Below, one piece after another: positions 14,811 through 24,929 of a stretch of DNA of 60,475 nucleotides (position 1 is the stretch's first letter; the number at the start of each line of letters is the position of its first letter). The notes under the pieces are model-generated. The model was not told where the DNA came from. It worked only from the letters and a program-made list of their open reading frames with translations, and did no database searches. This DNA comes from Bacillota bacterium (lineage in GTDB: Bacteria > Bacillota > Halanaerobiia > Halanaerobiales > DATFIM01): NCBI GenBank assembly GCA_051744825.1, contig JBNJDL010000001.1:1-60475 (forward strand). Direction: 5' to 3'. Made by a program: the position numbers and the translations under genes.

Positions 14811-15767
14811 TTAATCTTCTTCAACTTCTAATCTGAAATCTCCACTTCCGCAATGGTTACAAGTATAGCCTGGATTGTTAATTATTATCATCATTTTATC
14901 TGTTTTTCTTGATTGAGTTTTAAGAAGTTTCCCACATTCTTCACAATATATTTTATATTTTCCAAATCCAATGTTGTGACTTAATCTTATATCTCTATCA
15001 TTACAATATTCTTTAAATATAGGACTACTGTCTCCTTCTTTGGTTATTGCATGAGCTAATTCATGTTTTATTGTGTTAAAATATTCATCAATTCCTTTAT
15101 CATTGTTAGGAAGCTTAGGATTAACCTTCATCTCAGCAAGGCCAACAACCTCGCCAGTTATTCTATTTCTTCTAATTCCAATATTTCCAGCTGAAGTTCT
15201 TAATCTTCCATCAAATTTTATATCTTCTATTTCATCTATTATTTGAGATTCATTTAAAAATTCTGCCATCATTTTACAATCTTCAATTAAGTCTTCATTT
15301 GTTAGAATATCTCCAATTGTATTTTCATCACTTTTTGAAATCATTGAAGTTCTTCTTGATATGTAAGTTTCTTCATTTACTTCAGTATCTTTAATTTTAT
15401 TTTCTACTTCATTTCCTTTTTTATAATTGGAATAAAATATTGCTGCTTTTTTCAACATTTTATATTCTGCAGATTGTTCTCTACTTCTCATGCTTCCATC
15501 AAATTTTAATGTTTCATTTTGGTTTTCTAATACTATTTCAATTGTTACATAATTTTTATAATTGGTTGGATATAAATAAGCACTAACTTCTCCAAAATTT
15601 ACTGCAAATTCTGGTTTATCTTTTCTTAAAAACTTTCCATATAATGTTGTTTTTACTTCATATTCAGATTCTAAATTATACTTTTCTTGTTCATTTTCAT
15701 TGAAAATTAATCTCTTTCTGCTAAAGTCACTTCCGTTTACTTTTCTTTCAATTGTTTTAAATTTCAT
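14811..15767 (-). CDS. SprT-like zinc metalloprotease domain protein with C-terminal zinc ribbon
   Basis: HELAHAI (HExxH) followed by CEECGK...CNHCGS. Confidence 0.65.
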   Translation of the reverse strand: MKFKTIERKVNGSDFSRKRLIFNENEQEKYNLESEYEVKTTLYGKFLRKDKPEFAVNFGEVSAYLYPTNYKNYVTIEIVLENQNETLKFDGSMRSREQSAEYKMLKKAAIFYSNYKKGNEVENKIKDTEVNEETYISRRTSMISKSDENTIGDILTNEDLIEDCKMMAEFLNESQIIDEIEDIKFDGRLRTSAGNIGIRRNRITGEVVGLAEMKVNPKLPNNDKGIDEYFNTIKHELAHAITKEGDSSPIFKEYCNDRDIRLSHNIGFGKYKIYCEECGKLLKTQSRKTDKMMIIINNPGYTCNHCGSGDFRLEVEED

Positions 15768-15822
15768 CTTAATCTCCCCTTTTTGAGTTTTTTGGGTTTT
15801 CTTATTTGCACCTTCTATATTA

Positions 15823-15851
15823 ATTATAACATGTTTCAGGGGATTTGTAAA
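15823..15851 (-). promoter_or_regulatory. Early promoter, family 1 copy 3
   Basis: Minus strand: GGGGTTTACAAATCCCCTGAAACATGTTATAATTAATATAGAAGG, giving TTTACA-N17-TATAAT. Confidence 0.7.
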
Positions 15852-15879
15852 CCCCTAAATGAAAGTTTTTTATATTTTT

Positions 15880-15945
15880 TTAATCTATCTCATCAGAGTG
15901 AAGTGATTAATCTTCACTGACTGGGAACTTAATCCCAGTTTCGAA
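15880..15945 (-). ncRNA. Hammerhead ribozyme motif, type II permutation, copy 3
   Basis: Minus strand: UUC-GAAAC-UGGGA-UUAAGU-UCCCA-GUC / AGUGAAG-AUUAAUCA-CUUCACU-CUGAUGAG-AUAGAUUAA. Loop I UUAAUC pairs with the tail GAUUAA. It starts 3 nt after the stop of 15948..16190. Confidence 0.7.
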
Positions 15946-15947
15946 TT

Positions 15948-16190
15948 TTATAGAAAATCTTTTTTAATTGCGTCTTCTATATATTCAATTATATTTTCTT
16001 CCCCATAATATTCTATTGGATCAACGCTATCTCTTAAAGTCTCATCAAAAATTGGAACTGTAATTGCAAATCCCTTATATTCAAAAAACGGCAGATAGTC
16101 AATATCATCATAACCTCTATTGATTTTTTCAAATACATCTTTAGCAACATCTTCAACTCTCTTTAATAATAATTCATTTTTAATTTCCAT
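15948..16190 (-). CDS. Hypothetical protein
   Basis: ORF with ATG 16190 after AAGGAGTGGATAAA. Confidence 0.55.
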   Translation of the reverse strand: MEIKNELLLKRVEDVAKDVFEKINRGYDDIDYLPFFEYKGFAITVPIFDETLRDSVDPIEYYGEENIIEYIEDAIKKDFL

Positions 16191-16253
16191 TTTATCCACT
16201 CCTTTTGATTTTTGAGTTTTTGAGCAGTTTTAAATCTTACTCAGGATTTTATT

Positions 16254-16523
16254 TTATTTCATATCATTTATTAAAAGCTGTGTATAAATTTTTTCTTTTA
16301 ACATTTTTTCTAATTTTGTCATAAACATTTTAAAACTTCTGTCTGTTAATCCATCAATATATTCGTTATATCTTGAATTATTTTTTATAGTTATTTTAGA
16401 CTGTTTTATAAAATATTTTAAATCATTTTCTTTTTCTTCTAATTTTTCTAATCCATTATTTTCTACAAAATTTGCTATTGTTCTATGAGCTATACTCCTA
16501 ATTGTCTCTTGCCTTTTAGTCAT
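16254..16523 (-). CDS. Hypothetical protein
   Basis: First ORF after promoter copy 4, with ATG 16523 after AAGGAGTGGAAATA. Confidence 0.55.
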   Translation of the reverse strand: MTKRQETIRSIAHRTIANFVENNGLEKLEEKENDLKYFIKQSKITIKNNSRYNEYIDGLTDRSFKMFMTKLEKMLKEKIYTQLLINDMK

Positions 16524-16571
16524 TATTTCCACTCCTTATTTTTATCCCTTATTTTCTTACCTTCTAATTAT

Positions 16572-16600
16572 ATTATATCATGTATTGAGTAGTTTGTAAA
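16572..16600 (-). promoter_or_regulatory. Early promoter, family 1 copy 4
   Basis: Minus strand: GGGGTTTACAAACTACTCAATACATGATATAATATAATTAGAAGGTAAGAAAATAAGG. Confidence 0.75.
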
Positions 16601-16629
16601 CCCCTAAAGGCAAATTATTTTAATTATTT

Positions 16630-17100
16630 TTAACTTTTTTCTTCCATATCCCTAATAGCGGTTAATCCTATTCCAACTGCGTCAGCTGTATCTTTTTGAA
16701 TATCTTCAGTTAATCCATAAAATTCACAAATATATTTATTCATTTCATCTTTACTACATCTACCATTTCCTGTAACAACTTTTTTAACATGAGTTGGATG
16801 ATAAAATTCATATTCATCAATACCAATTTCAACAGCTTTTGTTAATACTACTCCAAAGAATATGTTCATAGTTTCTAATGATTGCCTATTTGGTCCATAA
16901 GGCTTCTCTAAAGCTAAGTGGTCAATATTTTCATACATTTTTAATAATCTGCTAAAATCTTCAGCTATCTTTTTAACTCTTTTCAAACCTGTATTTTTAT
17001 ATTTAAAATTGCCATAAGCTTTTAATTCTTCATCATCAAAAATTGCCCAACCAGTAAGATTGCCAGTTGTAGTTCCTGGATCTATACTTAAAATTCTCAT
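16630..17100 (-). CDS. ruvC: RuvC-like Holliday junction resolvase
   Basis: N-terminal ILSIDPGTTTG catalytic Asp motif. About 156 aa. A C-terminal acidic residue lies in DTADAVGIG. Confidence 0.75.
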   Translation of the reverse strand: MRILSIDPGTTTGNLTGWAIFDDEELKAYGNFKYKNTGLKRVKKIAEDFSRLLKMYENIDHLALEKPYGPNRQSLETMNIFFGVVLTKAVEIGIDEYEFYHPTHVKKVVTGNGRCSKDEMNKYICEFYGLTEDIQKDTADAVGIGLTAIRDMEEKS

Positions 17101-17831
17101 TTATTTAATTCCCCCAATTTATTTTTATTAAAACAATATTCTGTGCAATTACAAGTATTAGCTCTTCCAGCATTTCTTGAAATACATCTATCATGTTGCG
17201 GCGGAAGAATCCCATTTTTATTAAATTTATTTATTCCTTCCCAAATTTTAGATTCTCTTTCAATATATTTTTTAACAAAGTCTGGCTCATATTCTTGAAA
17301 ATAAATTTCATAATCAGCTGTATTTATATTTTCATAAATAACAAAACCTCTAGGAATTCCAGTTAGATACATATAAAATTGTATTTGTCTTTTAGTTGCG
17401 ATTGGCAGTTTTGTCATTGAATTAAATTTTTCACCTTTACTAGTTTTAATTTCAACAATATATCTTTTGCCCCACATATTTGCAATAATATCTGGAGTCC
17501 CGGTTGTTCCAAACCTATTGCCATGCTGCTTTTCTATTCTATCAGCAATCCCATTATTTTTAAAAATATCTTGCCATTTTTCATGCAAATAATTACCATT
17601 TTCTAATCTGTTAATAGTTTTTGGCGGAAGTGGCATAAATTCATCTTTTTCAACAAAATAATTTATAACCTGTTCTCTTAAACAAAAACTTCCTTCCGGC
17701 ATTATAATTGAAGAAGCGTGGATTCCGCCTCTTTGTTTTTTATCATATTGAATTTTATTATTTTCAATAATTGCTTCATCTAATTTTTCTTTAATCATTC
17801 CCTCTTTTAAATCTAAAAAATCATTAGTCAT
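17097..17831 (-). CDS. PD-(D/E)XK nuclease of the Cas4/RecB-like type with a C-terminal Cys cluster
   Basis: GTPDIIA...YIVEIKTSK (D...ExK) plus C-terminal CISRNAGRANTCNCTEYC. Confidence 0.65.
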   Translation of the reverse strand: MTNDFLDLKEGMIKEKLDEAIIENNKIQYDKKQRGGIHASSIIMPEGSFCLREQVINYFVEKDEFMPLPPKTINRLENGNYLHEKWQDIFKNNGIADRIEKQHGNRFGTTGTPDIIANMWGKRYIVEIKTSKGEKFNSMTKLPIATKRQIQFYMYLTGIPRGFVIYENINTADYEIYFQEYEPDFVKKYIERESKIWEGINKFNKNGILPPQHDRCISRNAGRANTCNCTEYCFNKNKLGELNK

Positions 17832-18669
17832 CTTCCTTTTCCCTCCTAATCTTTCTAATCTCTCTCATAACTTTTCTATCTTCACTTGGATTTACAAAAC
17901 CTCTATCAAATATTAAACTAATTTCAGCTTCTCTATAAGGAGGACAAACTTTAGATTTATAACTTCTTAAATTTATTAATTGGCCTTCAACATCGCCTGA
18001 CATCCTTAGCCATTTTTTTCTTGCAACTCTTATTCTTAAACTACTATAATGTTTTAAAGCATGACCACCTGGAGTTGTATATGGAGCAAATCCACTTCCG
18101 ATATTATCTCTAACTTGATTTATAAATACAACTGTAGTTCCATTCTTTTCAGCTTCTCTTGCAATCTTAAACATCCATCTTGAAAGCAATCTAGCAACTC
18201 CAGCAAAATTAGCTTTACTTCTATCTTTTTCATTTATATTCTCTTTAGGGACTAATGCTGGAACTGAGTCAACTACTATTAATGGCATTCCGGCTTCACA
18301 AGCTTTTATAATTGTATCTATTGCTTCTTCCCCATAATCAGGTTTTCTTACAATTAATTGGCCTTCTTTATTGCCAAACTGTTTAGCCCTATCAGCACTA
18401 AAACTTCCTTCCATATCAATATGAAGTGCATAATCATATAAGCTTTCCCATTGATGAGCAATTGTAGTTTTTCCAGCTGATTCAACTCCATATAATTCTA
18501 TAATTCTGCCAACAGGAATCCCACCACCCATTAAAAAATCTATCTGTTCAATACCAGTTTCAACTCTTTCGATTTCCCTCCCACCATCTTCACCTAAAAA
18601 ATATATAGATCCTTTACCAAATTCATTATCAATTTCATCCATTAATTGTGTTACTTTCCCTTTATCCAT
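17824..18669 (-). CDS. RecA-family recombinase/ATPase
   Basis: Walker A: YGVESAGKTT. Walker B-like: LIVVDSV. About 280 aa, next to nuclease and resolvase genes. Confidence 0.7.
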   Translation of the reverse strand: MDKGKVTQLMDEIDNEFGKGSIYFLGEDGGREIERVETGIEQIDFLMGGGIPVGRIIELYGVESAGKTTIAHQWESLYDYALHIDMEGSFSADRAKQFGNKEGQLIVRKPDYGEEAIDTIIKACEAGMPLIVVDSVPALVPKENINEKDRSKANFAGVARLLSRWMFKIAREAEKNGTTVVFINQVRDNIGSGFAPYTTPGGHALKHYSSLRIRVARKKWLRMSGDVEGQLINLRSYKSKVCPPYREAEISLIFDRGFVNPSEDRKVMREIRKIRREKEDD

Positions 18670-18680
18670 CTAACCACCTC

Positions 18681-21278
18681 TTAATAAATATTTGTATTCA
18701 TGTTTTGTAAGAATTGATTCCACTTGATAGTTCTTCTCCAGTAAGTTTTAGAATTAAATTGTAAAGCTCCATATTCTTGCAACTTTTCAATTACTCTTTT
18801 ATTTGCATATCTTTTAGGAACTCTTTCAATAAAATCTTCTTCAGATTTGAATGGTGCTCTTTTACCAATCTCTTCAGCTGTAGTTTTACCAATCCCTTTT
18901 ATTTTCATAATTCCTTCTTGAATAACTTTTTCACCTTCAACTTCCTGAATTGTAAAATCTGCTCCTCCATTAACATGAGCTAATAAAATAAGAATATCAT
19001 TTTGTGTAGCAGCTGCTAAATATTTATTTATTTTATAGTCATGTTTTTCATTTTTAAGAAGTGCATAAAAGAATTCTATCGGATAATAATATTTTAACCA
19101 AGCTGTATAGAATGAAGTAATAGAATATGCAGCACCGTGCCCCTTATTAAATAAGTAAGCTGTCATTTGATTAAATAATTCATTAGCTTCATTTTCAGTT
19201 AATCCATTATTAGAAGCCCCTTTTATAAATTCATTTTTAACTTCTTCATCTTCACCTAAAGCTTTCATAATATAATCAGTTTTATCCCAATCAAGTTCGC
19301 CTAAATCCCTACAAATTCTCATAACCTGTTCTTGAAATATTATAGCTCCATAGGTTTCTTTAGCGTATTCATAAAAAGTTCCATCTTTATTTACTTCACC
19401 ATTTTTAGCTCTTATATATTCATCAAGAATTCCTAATTGTTTTGGAGCCGGTCTATTTAAAGCATTGCAGGCTATTAGTTCATGAATATTTTTTGGATTA
19501 ACTCTTTGCAAAACATCAACTGCACCAGGTTTTTCAAATTGAAATACCCCAACACTTTTACCTTCAGACAACATCTTATAGACATTTTTATCTTCTAAAT
19601 ATTCTTCTTTCAATTCTACTCCAACTTTCTTTTCTACATCATTTATTACAGACAAAGTTGATAAACCTAAAACATCCATTTTAAGAACACCAATATCACT
19701 CAAACCATCTAAATCATAAGCTGTTTGCAAACTTCCTTTATATTTTTGTAGTCCAACATAATTTGTAATATCATCTGGAGCTATTGCAATTCCTGCTGCA
19801 TGTTTTCCAGTAAATCTAGTTTGATTATATAACCTTTGGAAGTGCTCAAGATAATTATATTTTTTATCATATTTCCTTAATTTAGCATTATTCTGTAATT
19901 CAGCTAAAGGTGGTCTATCCCCACCATCGATTATTCTTGACAATTCTGATTTTATATCATCCCTATCATCATCAGGAATATCAAGAACTTTAGCTAAATC
20001 ATTCATCAAATTCTTTTCTTTATAGTATCCAAAAGTTGAAATATGAGCTGATTTTCCTTCATATTTTTTAAGCAAATAATCTAATATTTCATCCCTTCTA
20101 TTTGCATCAAAATCCATATCAATATCAGGCATTTTCTTCTTTTCTTTACGCATAAATCTTTCAAAGTCAGTCCCAAATATTATTGGATCTACATCAGTTA
20201 AACCTAAAGAATAAGCTAATAAACTTCCACCAACTGAGCCTCTTCCAAAACCATATCTAATTCCATTATCTTTTGCATATTCAACAATATCATAACAAAG
20301 TAAAAAGTAATCATCATACCCTTGGGAATGAATTACATCTAACTCAAATTCCAATTGATTTATATATTCTTCAGTATTCTTTTCTTTTTTATCAAGCCCA
20401 TTATAAGCCAATTCTTTTAACATTTTTGGTGATGGTTTTTCCCAATCTTGGTCAGGCATCATATTATCAAAATCTAATTCAACATTAACTTTATTGACTA
20501 ATTCTTCTGTGTTTTTTATAAGCGGCTCAATATCAATATCTGGATTTACATTATTTAATAAAGTCTTTAATTGTTCTTCAGTCGGCATGTATCGATTTTC
20601 ATATACCGGCCCAGGATTTTTATCTTTAATAGCCATCATTAGTCTATAAGTATCCCAAGCGTCAGCTTCTGTATAATGAGAATCATTTGTTATAATAACT
20701 GGAGTATCTGTTTTATCTCCTAATCTAACTATAGTAGAATTTATTTTAGGCTGAATATCTAAATCAACAGGCATAACTTCTAAATAAAAATCATCACCAA
20801 ATATTGATTTAAATTTATTAACTATTTCAATTAAGTTTTCATCTGACATTCCATTTGTAATCATCTTTGGAATATACCCACCGGCACAAGCTGTTGACAT
20901 TATTAAACCTTCATGATATTTTTCTAATAATTCAAAAGTAAAGTTTGGTTTATAATGATAATAATCTCTACTGGCTTCAGTCTGTAATTTCATTAAATTC
21001 TGATAACCTTTCATATTTTTAGCTAATATGACTATATGGTATCTATCATTTTCTTTGCTAAATTCAGGCATAAAATACCCTTCAACACCTAAAACTGGTT
21101 TTATATCATGTTTTTTACAAGCATTATAATGATTTATTAATCCACTAATATCTCCATGATCTGTTATTCCTAAAGCTGGTTGGCCAATTTTTGCCGCATA
21201 TTCTGCCGCTTGATTACAATCCCCAAATCCATCCCAACTACTGAACATTGAGTGTCTATGCAAATTACTCCATGTCAT
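18681..21278 (-). CDS. dnaE: DNA polymerase III alpha-type replicative polymerase (PHP + Pol IIIA domains)
   Basis: N-terminal PHP region HRHSMFS...GITDHG. Also GRGSVGGSLLAYSLGLTDVDP, PDIDMDF and a C-terminal HhH-like KIKGIGKTTAEEI. Confidence 0.85.
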   Translation of the reverse strand: MTWSNLHRHSMFSSWDGFGDCNQAAEYAAKIGQPALGITDHGDISGLINHYNACKKHDIKPVLGVEGYFMPEFSKENDRYHIVILAKNMKGYQNLMKLQTEASRDYYHYKPNFTFELLEKYHEGLIMSTACAGGYIPKMITNGMSDENLIEIVNKFKSIFGDDFYLEVMPVDLDIQPKINSTIVRLGDKTDTPVIITNDSHYTEADAWDTYRLMMAIKDKNPGPVYENRYMPTEEQLKTLLNNVNPDIDIEPLIKNTEELVNKVNVELDFDNMMPDQDWEKPSPKMLKELAYNGLDKKEKNTEEYINQLEFELDVIHSQGYDDYFLLCYDIVEYAKDNGIRYGFGRGSVGGSLLAYSLGLTDVDPIIFGTDFERFMRKEKKKMPDIDMDFDANRRDEILDYLLKKYEGKSAHISTFGYYKEKNLMNDLAKVLDIPDDDRDDIKSELSRIIDGGDRPPLAELQNNAKLRKYDKKYNYLEHFQRLYNQTRFTGKHAAGIAIAPDDITNYVGLQKYKGSLQTAYDLDGLSDIGVLKMDVLGLSTLSVINDVEKKVGVELKEEYLEDKNVYKMLSEGKSVGVFQFEKPGAVDVLQRVNPKNIHELIACNALNRPAPKQLGILDEYIRAKNGEVNKDGTFYEYAKETYGAIIFQEQVMRICRDLGELDWDKTDYIMKALGEDEEVKNEFIKGASNNGLTENEANELFNQMTAYLFNKGHGAAYSITSFYTAWLKYYYPIEFFYALLKNEKHDYKINKYLAAATQNDILILLAHVNGGADFTIQEVEGEKVIQEGIMKIKGIGKTTAEEIGKRAPFKSEEDFIERVPKRYANKRVIEKLQEYGALQFNSKTYWRRTIKWNQFLQNMNTNIY

Positions 21279-21866
21279 TTAATTCACCTCTTTAATATAA
21301 TCATTTATTTGATCTTCATTAGTTGCGTCTATTAAATATATTTTTGGCCAGACTTGGTTATATAAAAATGAATGAGTATATAATTCTATTAATCTATATT
21401 CTGATTTCTGTATCATCTTTAAATCTTTTGGCCTATATTTATCATTTACTGAGTCAAAATTTATCGGCTGAACTAAAATAATATTATCATATAAAATATT
21501 AGCATGTTCACTACATAAATCCATTAATTCAATTAAAAATTCATTATACTTTTCTTTATTTTCTGGAGTTAATTGAGATTCATCTATAAACCTTATATAA
21601 TAATATAAATTATCAATTAAATTTCTATCTAAAATATAAATGCCATCTTTTTTACTTAATGTTTTTTCTTGTTCAATCTTCTCTCTAATAACATCTAATT
21701 CAAACTCAAAATATTTATTAGTATCCTCCCTTAATTTATCTATGGATTCAAATTTATGAGTTCTAACTATTTCTTGCATAAATTTAGCACCATCGATTTC
21801 ATCTTCTAATTTTTTGCCTAAAGTAGTTTTACCACTATGACAAGCTCCACTTAATGTTATTATCAT
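21279..21866 (-). CDS. P-loop NTPase / nucleotide kinase-like protein
   Basis: Walker A: LSGACHSGKTTLG. About 195 aa. Confidence 0.45.
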   Translation of the reverse strand: MIITLSGACHSGKTTLGKKLEDEIDGAKFMQEIVRTHKFESIDKLREDTNKYFEFELDVIREKIEQEKTLSKKDGIYILDRNLIDNLYYYIRFIDESQLTPENKEKYNEFLIELMDLCSEHANILYDNIILVQPINFDSVNDKYRPKDLKMIQKSEYRLIELYTHSFLYNQVWPKIYLIDATNEDQINDYIKEVN

Positions 21867-22200
21867 TTATTTTTTCCCCCTCATTTAAATATATAGGCAC
21901 AATTGTTTTTCCAGTTTTAAAAGCATAATAATATTCTAAAGTTTGTCCATTACTCATATCTTCATCATATATAATCATTAAAACATAATCACAATTATCA
22001 ATCATTCTAAAACAAAAATCTAATATATCTTCTCTCTTTTTATCTTCTTCAAAAAACCAAAATAAATGCAATGGACTAATTGGAAGAATATCATCTTTTT
22101 TATTTATTATTTTACAAATTTTATTTATTCTATCTCTATTATTTTTTATATCACTTGACAACGGGTGACTTACAAAAACTTTATCTCTAATTTTTATCAT
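21835..22200 (-). CDS. Hypothetical protein, weakly nucleoside 2-deoxyribosyltransferase/DUF4406-like
   Basis: Size and the pattern VFVSHPLS...DYVLMI...SNGQTLEYYYA are only loosely reminiscent of that family. Confidence 0.25.
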   Translation of the reverse strand: MIKIRDKVFVSHPLSSDIKNNRDRINKICKIINKKDDILPISPLHLFWFFEEDKKREDILDFCFRMIDNCDYVLMIIYDEDMSNGQTLEYYYAFKTGKTIVPIYLNEGEKINDNNIKWSLS

Positions 22201-22243
22201 CTCCTTAAGATATGTAATGGGAGGATTTTCACCTCCCTTAGTT

Positions 22244-22822
22244 TTAATAATTATTATCCTGTCTTTTATGGTTAATTTTATTTTTATCTAAGAATTCTTG
22301 ATATAAGTCTTCCGAATCCATTCCTAAATATAAAGTAAGATTAATTACAAAATGCCATAAATCAGCTACTTCCATTCTTAAATTATCTAAGTCAGGAGAA
22401 TTAGGATTTTCTTTCCAATCTTTCCAAGCTTGTTGCTCTTCAAGAATCTCACCTAACTCACTTATTATTGAAGTTACTGTCATCGGTATCCTTTCTGGTT
22501 TCATCCCTGGTATATTATCATCATTTAACCTCAGCTGCATTTTCTTTTGTAATTCAAATAAATCTTTTAGCATATCTGTTTTGTTTTTTAATATAGCATT
22601 GTCTATAATTAATTCTGTATATTTTTCACTTAAATCTCTATATTGCATTTTTTTATTTATATATTTTTCTAATTTTAGTATATCAACATTTACTTCGTTA
22701 TCCCTTAAAACCTCTTTAATATATTCAACATTAGTATCTAAATCATCAGCTAAACTATTCAAGTCTATAAAAGGTTTATCTTCTACAATTTCTAGTATGC
22801 GTTGTTTTTTAGTTTTCTTCAT
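22244..22822 (-). CDS. All-alpha NTP pyrophosphohydrolase (dimeric dUTPase / MazG-like) with an N-terminal extension
   Basis: ELGEILEE...AWKDWK...EVADLWHF metal-binding Glu/Asp pattern. The start is set at ATG 22822 after GGGAGGATTAATT. Confidence 0.5.
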   Translation of the reverse strand: MKKTKKQRILEIVEDKPFIDLNSLADDLDTNVEYIKEVLRDNEVNVDILKLEKYINKKMQYRDLSEKYTELIIDNAILKNKTDMLKDLFELQKKMQLRLNDDNIPGMKPERIPMTVTSIISELGEILEEQQAWKDWKENPNSPDLDNLRMEVADLWHFVINLTLYLGMDSEDLYQEFLDKNKINHKRQDNNY

Positions 22823-22824
22823 AA

Positions 22825-23421
22825 TTAATCCTCCCAAGGAACTTTCATATCCCCAACTTCATCTTCAAACTCTGAAACTTTGTCAGGCTCTTCTTCATCG
22901 GCTTCTAATCTTACATTATGAATATCAGCTAATAAATCAAATATTTCTTTCTTATTAGGAGTATCAGCTTTTTTAGTAAAGTCTGATTTATCTTGCGGAA
23001 CTACCTGATATGAAATGTCAAATGATGTTCCAGATCTACTTATTTTAAAATCTCTATTAGTTAGTGTTCCATAATCTTCATACATTGACATCAATTGTGG
23101 GACTGGAGTATAACTATTTGCCGCCCATCTAAACAATTGAACTTTTTCATTTTCATAATTATATATTGCCCAAACAAAATTCTCTCTAGTTCTAACTTTT
23201 CCAGCTTCTTCATTACAATATTTACAATGCTTTCCATAATATTCTAAACAAGGAACATCAATTTTTTCATCCCAATTATCATGCCACTTGACAGGAATTG
23301 CTTCTTCAAAATCAAATAAAAATCTTATTCTTGCACTCTCACCATCTTTTAAATAGAATTCATCATCAAAACTTGCTCCGCCTCTTTTAATTTCTTTTTT
23401 AATTTTATCTAACATTCCCAT
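22825..23421 (-). CDS. Putative ssDNA-binding protein (zinc motif, acidic C-terminal tail)
   Basis: CxxxxxxxCxxC cluster (CLEYYGKHCKYC). Very acidic tail EADEEEPDKVSEFEDEVGD. Located in the replication module. Confidence 0.35.
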   Translation of the reverse strand: MGMLDKIKKEIKRGGASFDDEFYLKDGESARIRFLFDFEEAIPVKWHDNWDEKIDVPCLEYYGKHCKYCNEEAGKVRTRENFVWAIYNYENEKVQLFRWAANSYTPVPQLMSMYEDYGTLTNRDFKISRSGTSFDISYQVVPQDKSDFTKKADTPNKKEIFDLLADIHNVRLEADEEEPDKVSEFEDEVGDMKVPWED

Positions 23422-23711
23422 TATAAATTCCCCCTATTTTTTAAATAATTTATATAGTCTATACTATTTCTAAATATTTTAATATTTCCTAAACCAGCTT
23501 TTCTAATTTGATCAATCAGAAGTCCTTTCCCGTGAGCCCAACAATAACCATTTATACCTGCAAAACAATATTCATCTTCGCCAATCCTTGTTAACTTATA
23601 AATATTATCATATTCAGATTCAAAAATTGTTATATATCTTTTGTAATAATTTTTATCAACATATTCAGACAAAGTTATTTCTTTGCTATTATCATTTTTT
23701 AATGTTAACAT
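23421..23711 (-). CDS. Hypothetical protein
   Basis: ORF sharing its start/stop junction with 22825..23421. Confidence 0.55.
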   Translation of the reverse strand: MLTLKNDNSKEITLSEYVDKNYYKRYITIFESEYDNIYKLTRIGEDEYCFAGINGYCWAHGKGLLIDQIRKAGLGNIKIFRNSIDYINYLKNRGNL

Positions 23712-23714
23712 TTA

Positions 23715-24623
23715 TCACCCTCCATAATTAAATTTTTTAAAAGTCTTTTTCAATAAAATATAAAATTGTTCTTGATTTAATTCAGCAATATCTTTAACAT
23801 AAGGCAAATACTGAAATCTCATAAATTTACCTTCTAACTTTTCATATAAATATTTACTACCTTCTAAACCTGCTCTATCATTATCTAAAGCTGAAATAAC
23901 AACATCAGCTTCATTAATTCTTTCTAATTGGTATTCTGAAGCTTTCCAACCAAAAATTGAAACTACATTTTTATAATTATATTTATAAGCAATCATCAAG
24001 TCAAAAATCCCTTCAACAACAAGTAACGGATAATCATTATTAACTTTACCTACTATAGTTTTTAATCTTTCAAATCCTTTATTATATAAATATTTAGGTT
24101 GTCCTTTATCAATCCTCCTTTGTATGTATCCTTTAAAGTTATCTCCATCAAATATTGGAATAACTATTGGATATTGTGAAGATCTGTTAAACTTTATCCC
24201 AAACTTTTCTTGAGTTTTTTTATCAACTCCTCTATTTTTTAAATATTCGCTGCATTTATCACAATCGCCGCTAACTTCTTTATAAAACTTTTTAGCTCTT
24301 TCTAATAATTTCTTTTTATTTTGTCTATTATTTTTAAGACTTTTTAATATATCATTCTTAACATCTTCTTTGCCTTCAGCAATTCTTTTGACTCTTTGCA
24401 TTGCTTTTAGTCTATTAATCCCCTCAAGTTCGGCTATAAATTGAATAATATCACCTTTCTTCCCACAGCCGAAACAGAAGAATATATCTTTTTGTAAATC
24501 AAAATGAAGGGATTTAACATTTTCAGAATGGAATGGACAATATATTTTGGTTTTTAAATCTTGAGTTATTTCACTGTCTTCATCTAATAAACCATATTCT
24601 TCTAAAACTTGAATAGAATCCAT
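23715..24623 (-). CDS. dnaG: DNA primase (CHC2 zinc finger + TOPRIM)
   Basis: CPFHSENVKSLHF...FCFGCGKKGD zinc finger. TOPRIM motifs VVEGIFD and LDNDRAG. Confidence 0.8.
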   Translation of the reverse strand: MDSIQVLEEYGLLDEDSEITQDLKTKIYCPFHSENVKSLHFDLQKDIFFCFGCGKKGDIIQFIAELEGINRLKAMQRVKRIAEGKEDVKNDILKSLKNNRQNKKKLLERAKKFYKEVSGDCDKCSEYLKNRGVDKKTQEKFGIKFNRSSQYPIVIPIFDGDNFKGYIQRRIDKGQPKYLYNKGFERLKTIVGKVNNDYPLLVVEGIFDLMIAYKYNYKNVVSIFGWKASEYQLERINEADVVISALDNDRAGLEGSKYLYEKLEGKFMRFQYLPYVKDIAELNQEQFYILLKKTFKKFNYGG

Positions 24624-24626
24624 TTT

Positions 24627-24929
24627 CTACACCCTCAATCTTTCATTTATTTTTTCAAATATCTCCTCCTCTAATTCCATTTTAATAAATTCTTGAATAT
24701 CAATTTCAGTCTCATCAATCTCTCTTATTTTATAATTATCATCTGAAATAATTCTTTCAACTAAAATTTTATTATTTGTGGTAGTTATTTTATTTTCATC
24801 ATGGTTATAAATTATATAGCCAATATTATATTTATTTCTTTTTAAATAAAATATCATATATTTCTGCTTAATATTATCATCTTTATATTCATTTATAATA
24901 TTTATTTTATAAACTTTATTTAATATCAT
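24627..24929 (-). CDS. Hypothetical protein
   Basis: ORF in the gene train. Confidence 0.55.
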   Translation of the reverse strand: MILNKVYKINIINEYKDDNIKQKYMIFYLKRNKYNIGYIIYNHDENKITTTNNKILVERIISDDNYKIREIDETEIDIQEFIKMELEEEIFEKINERLRV

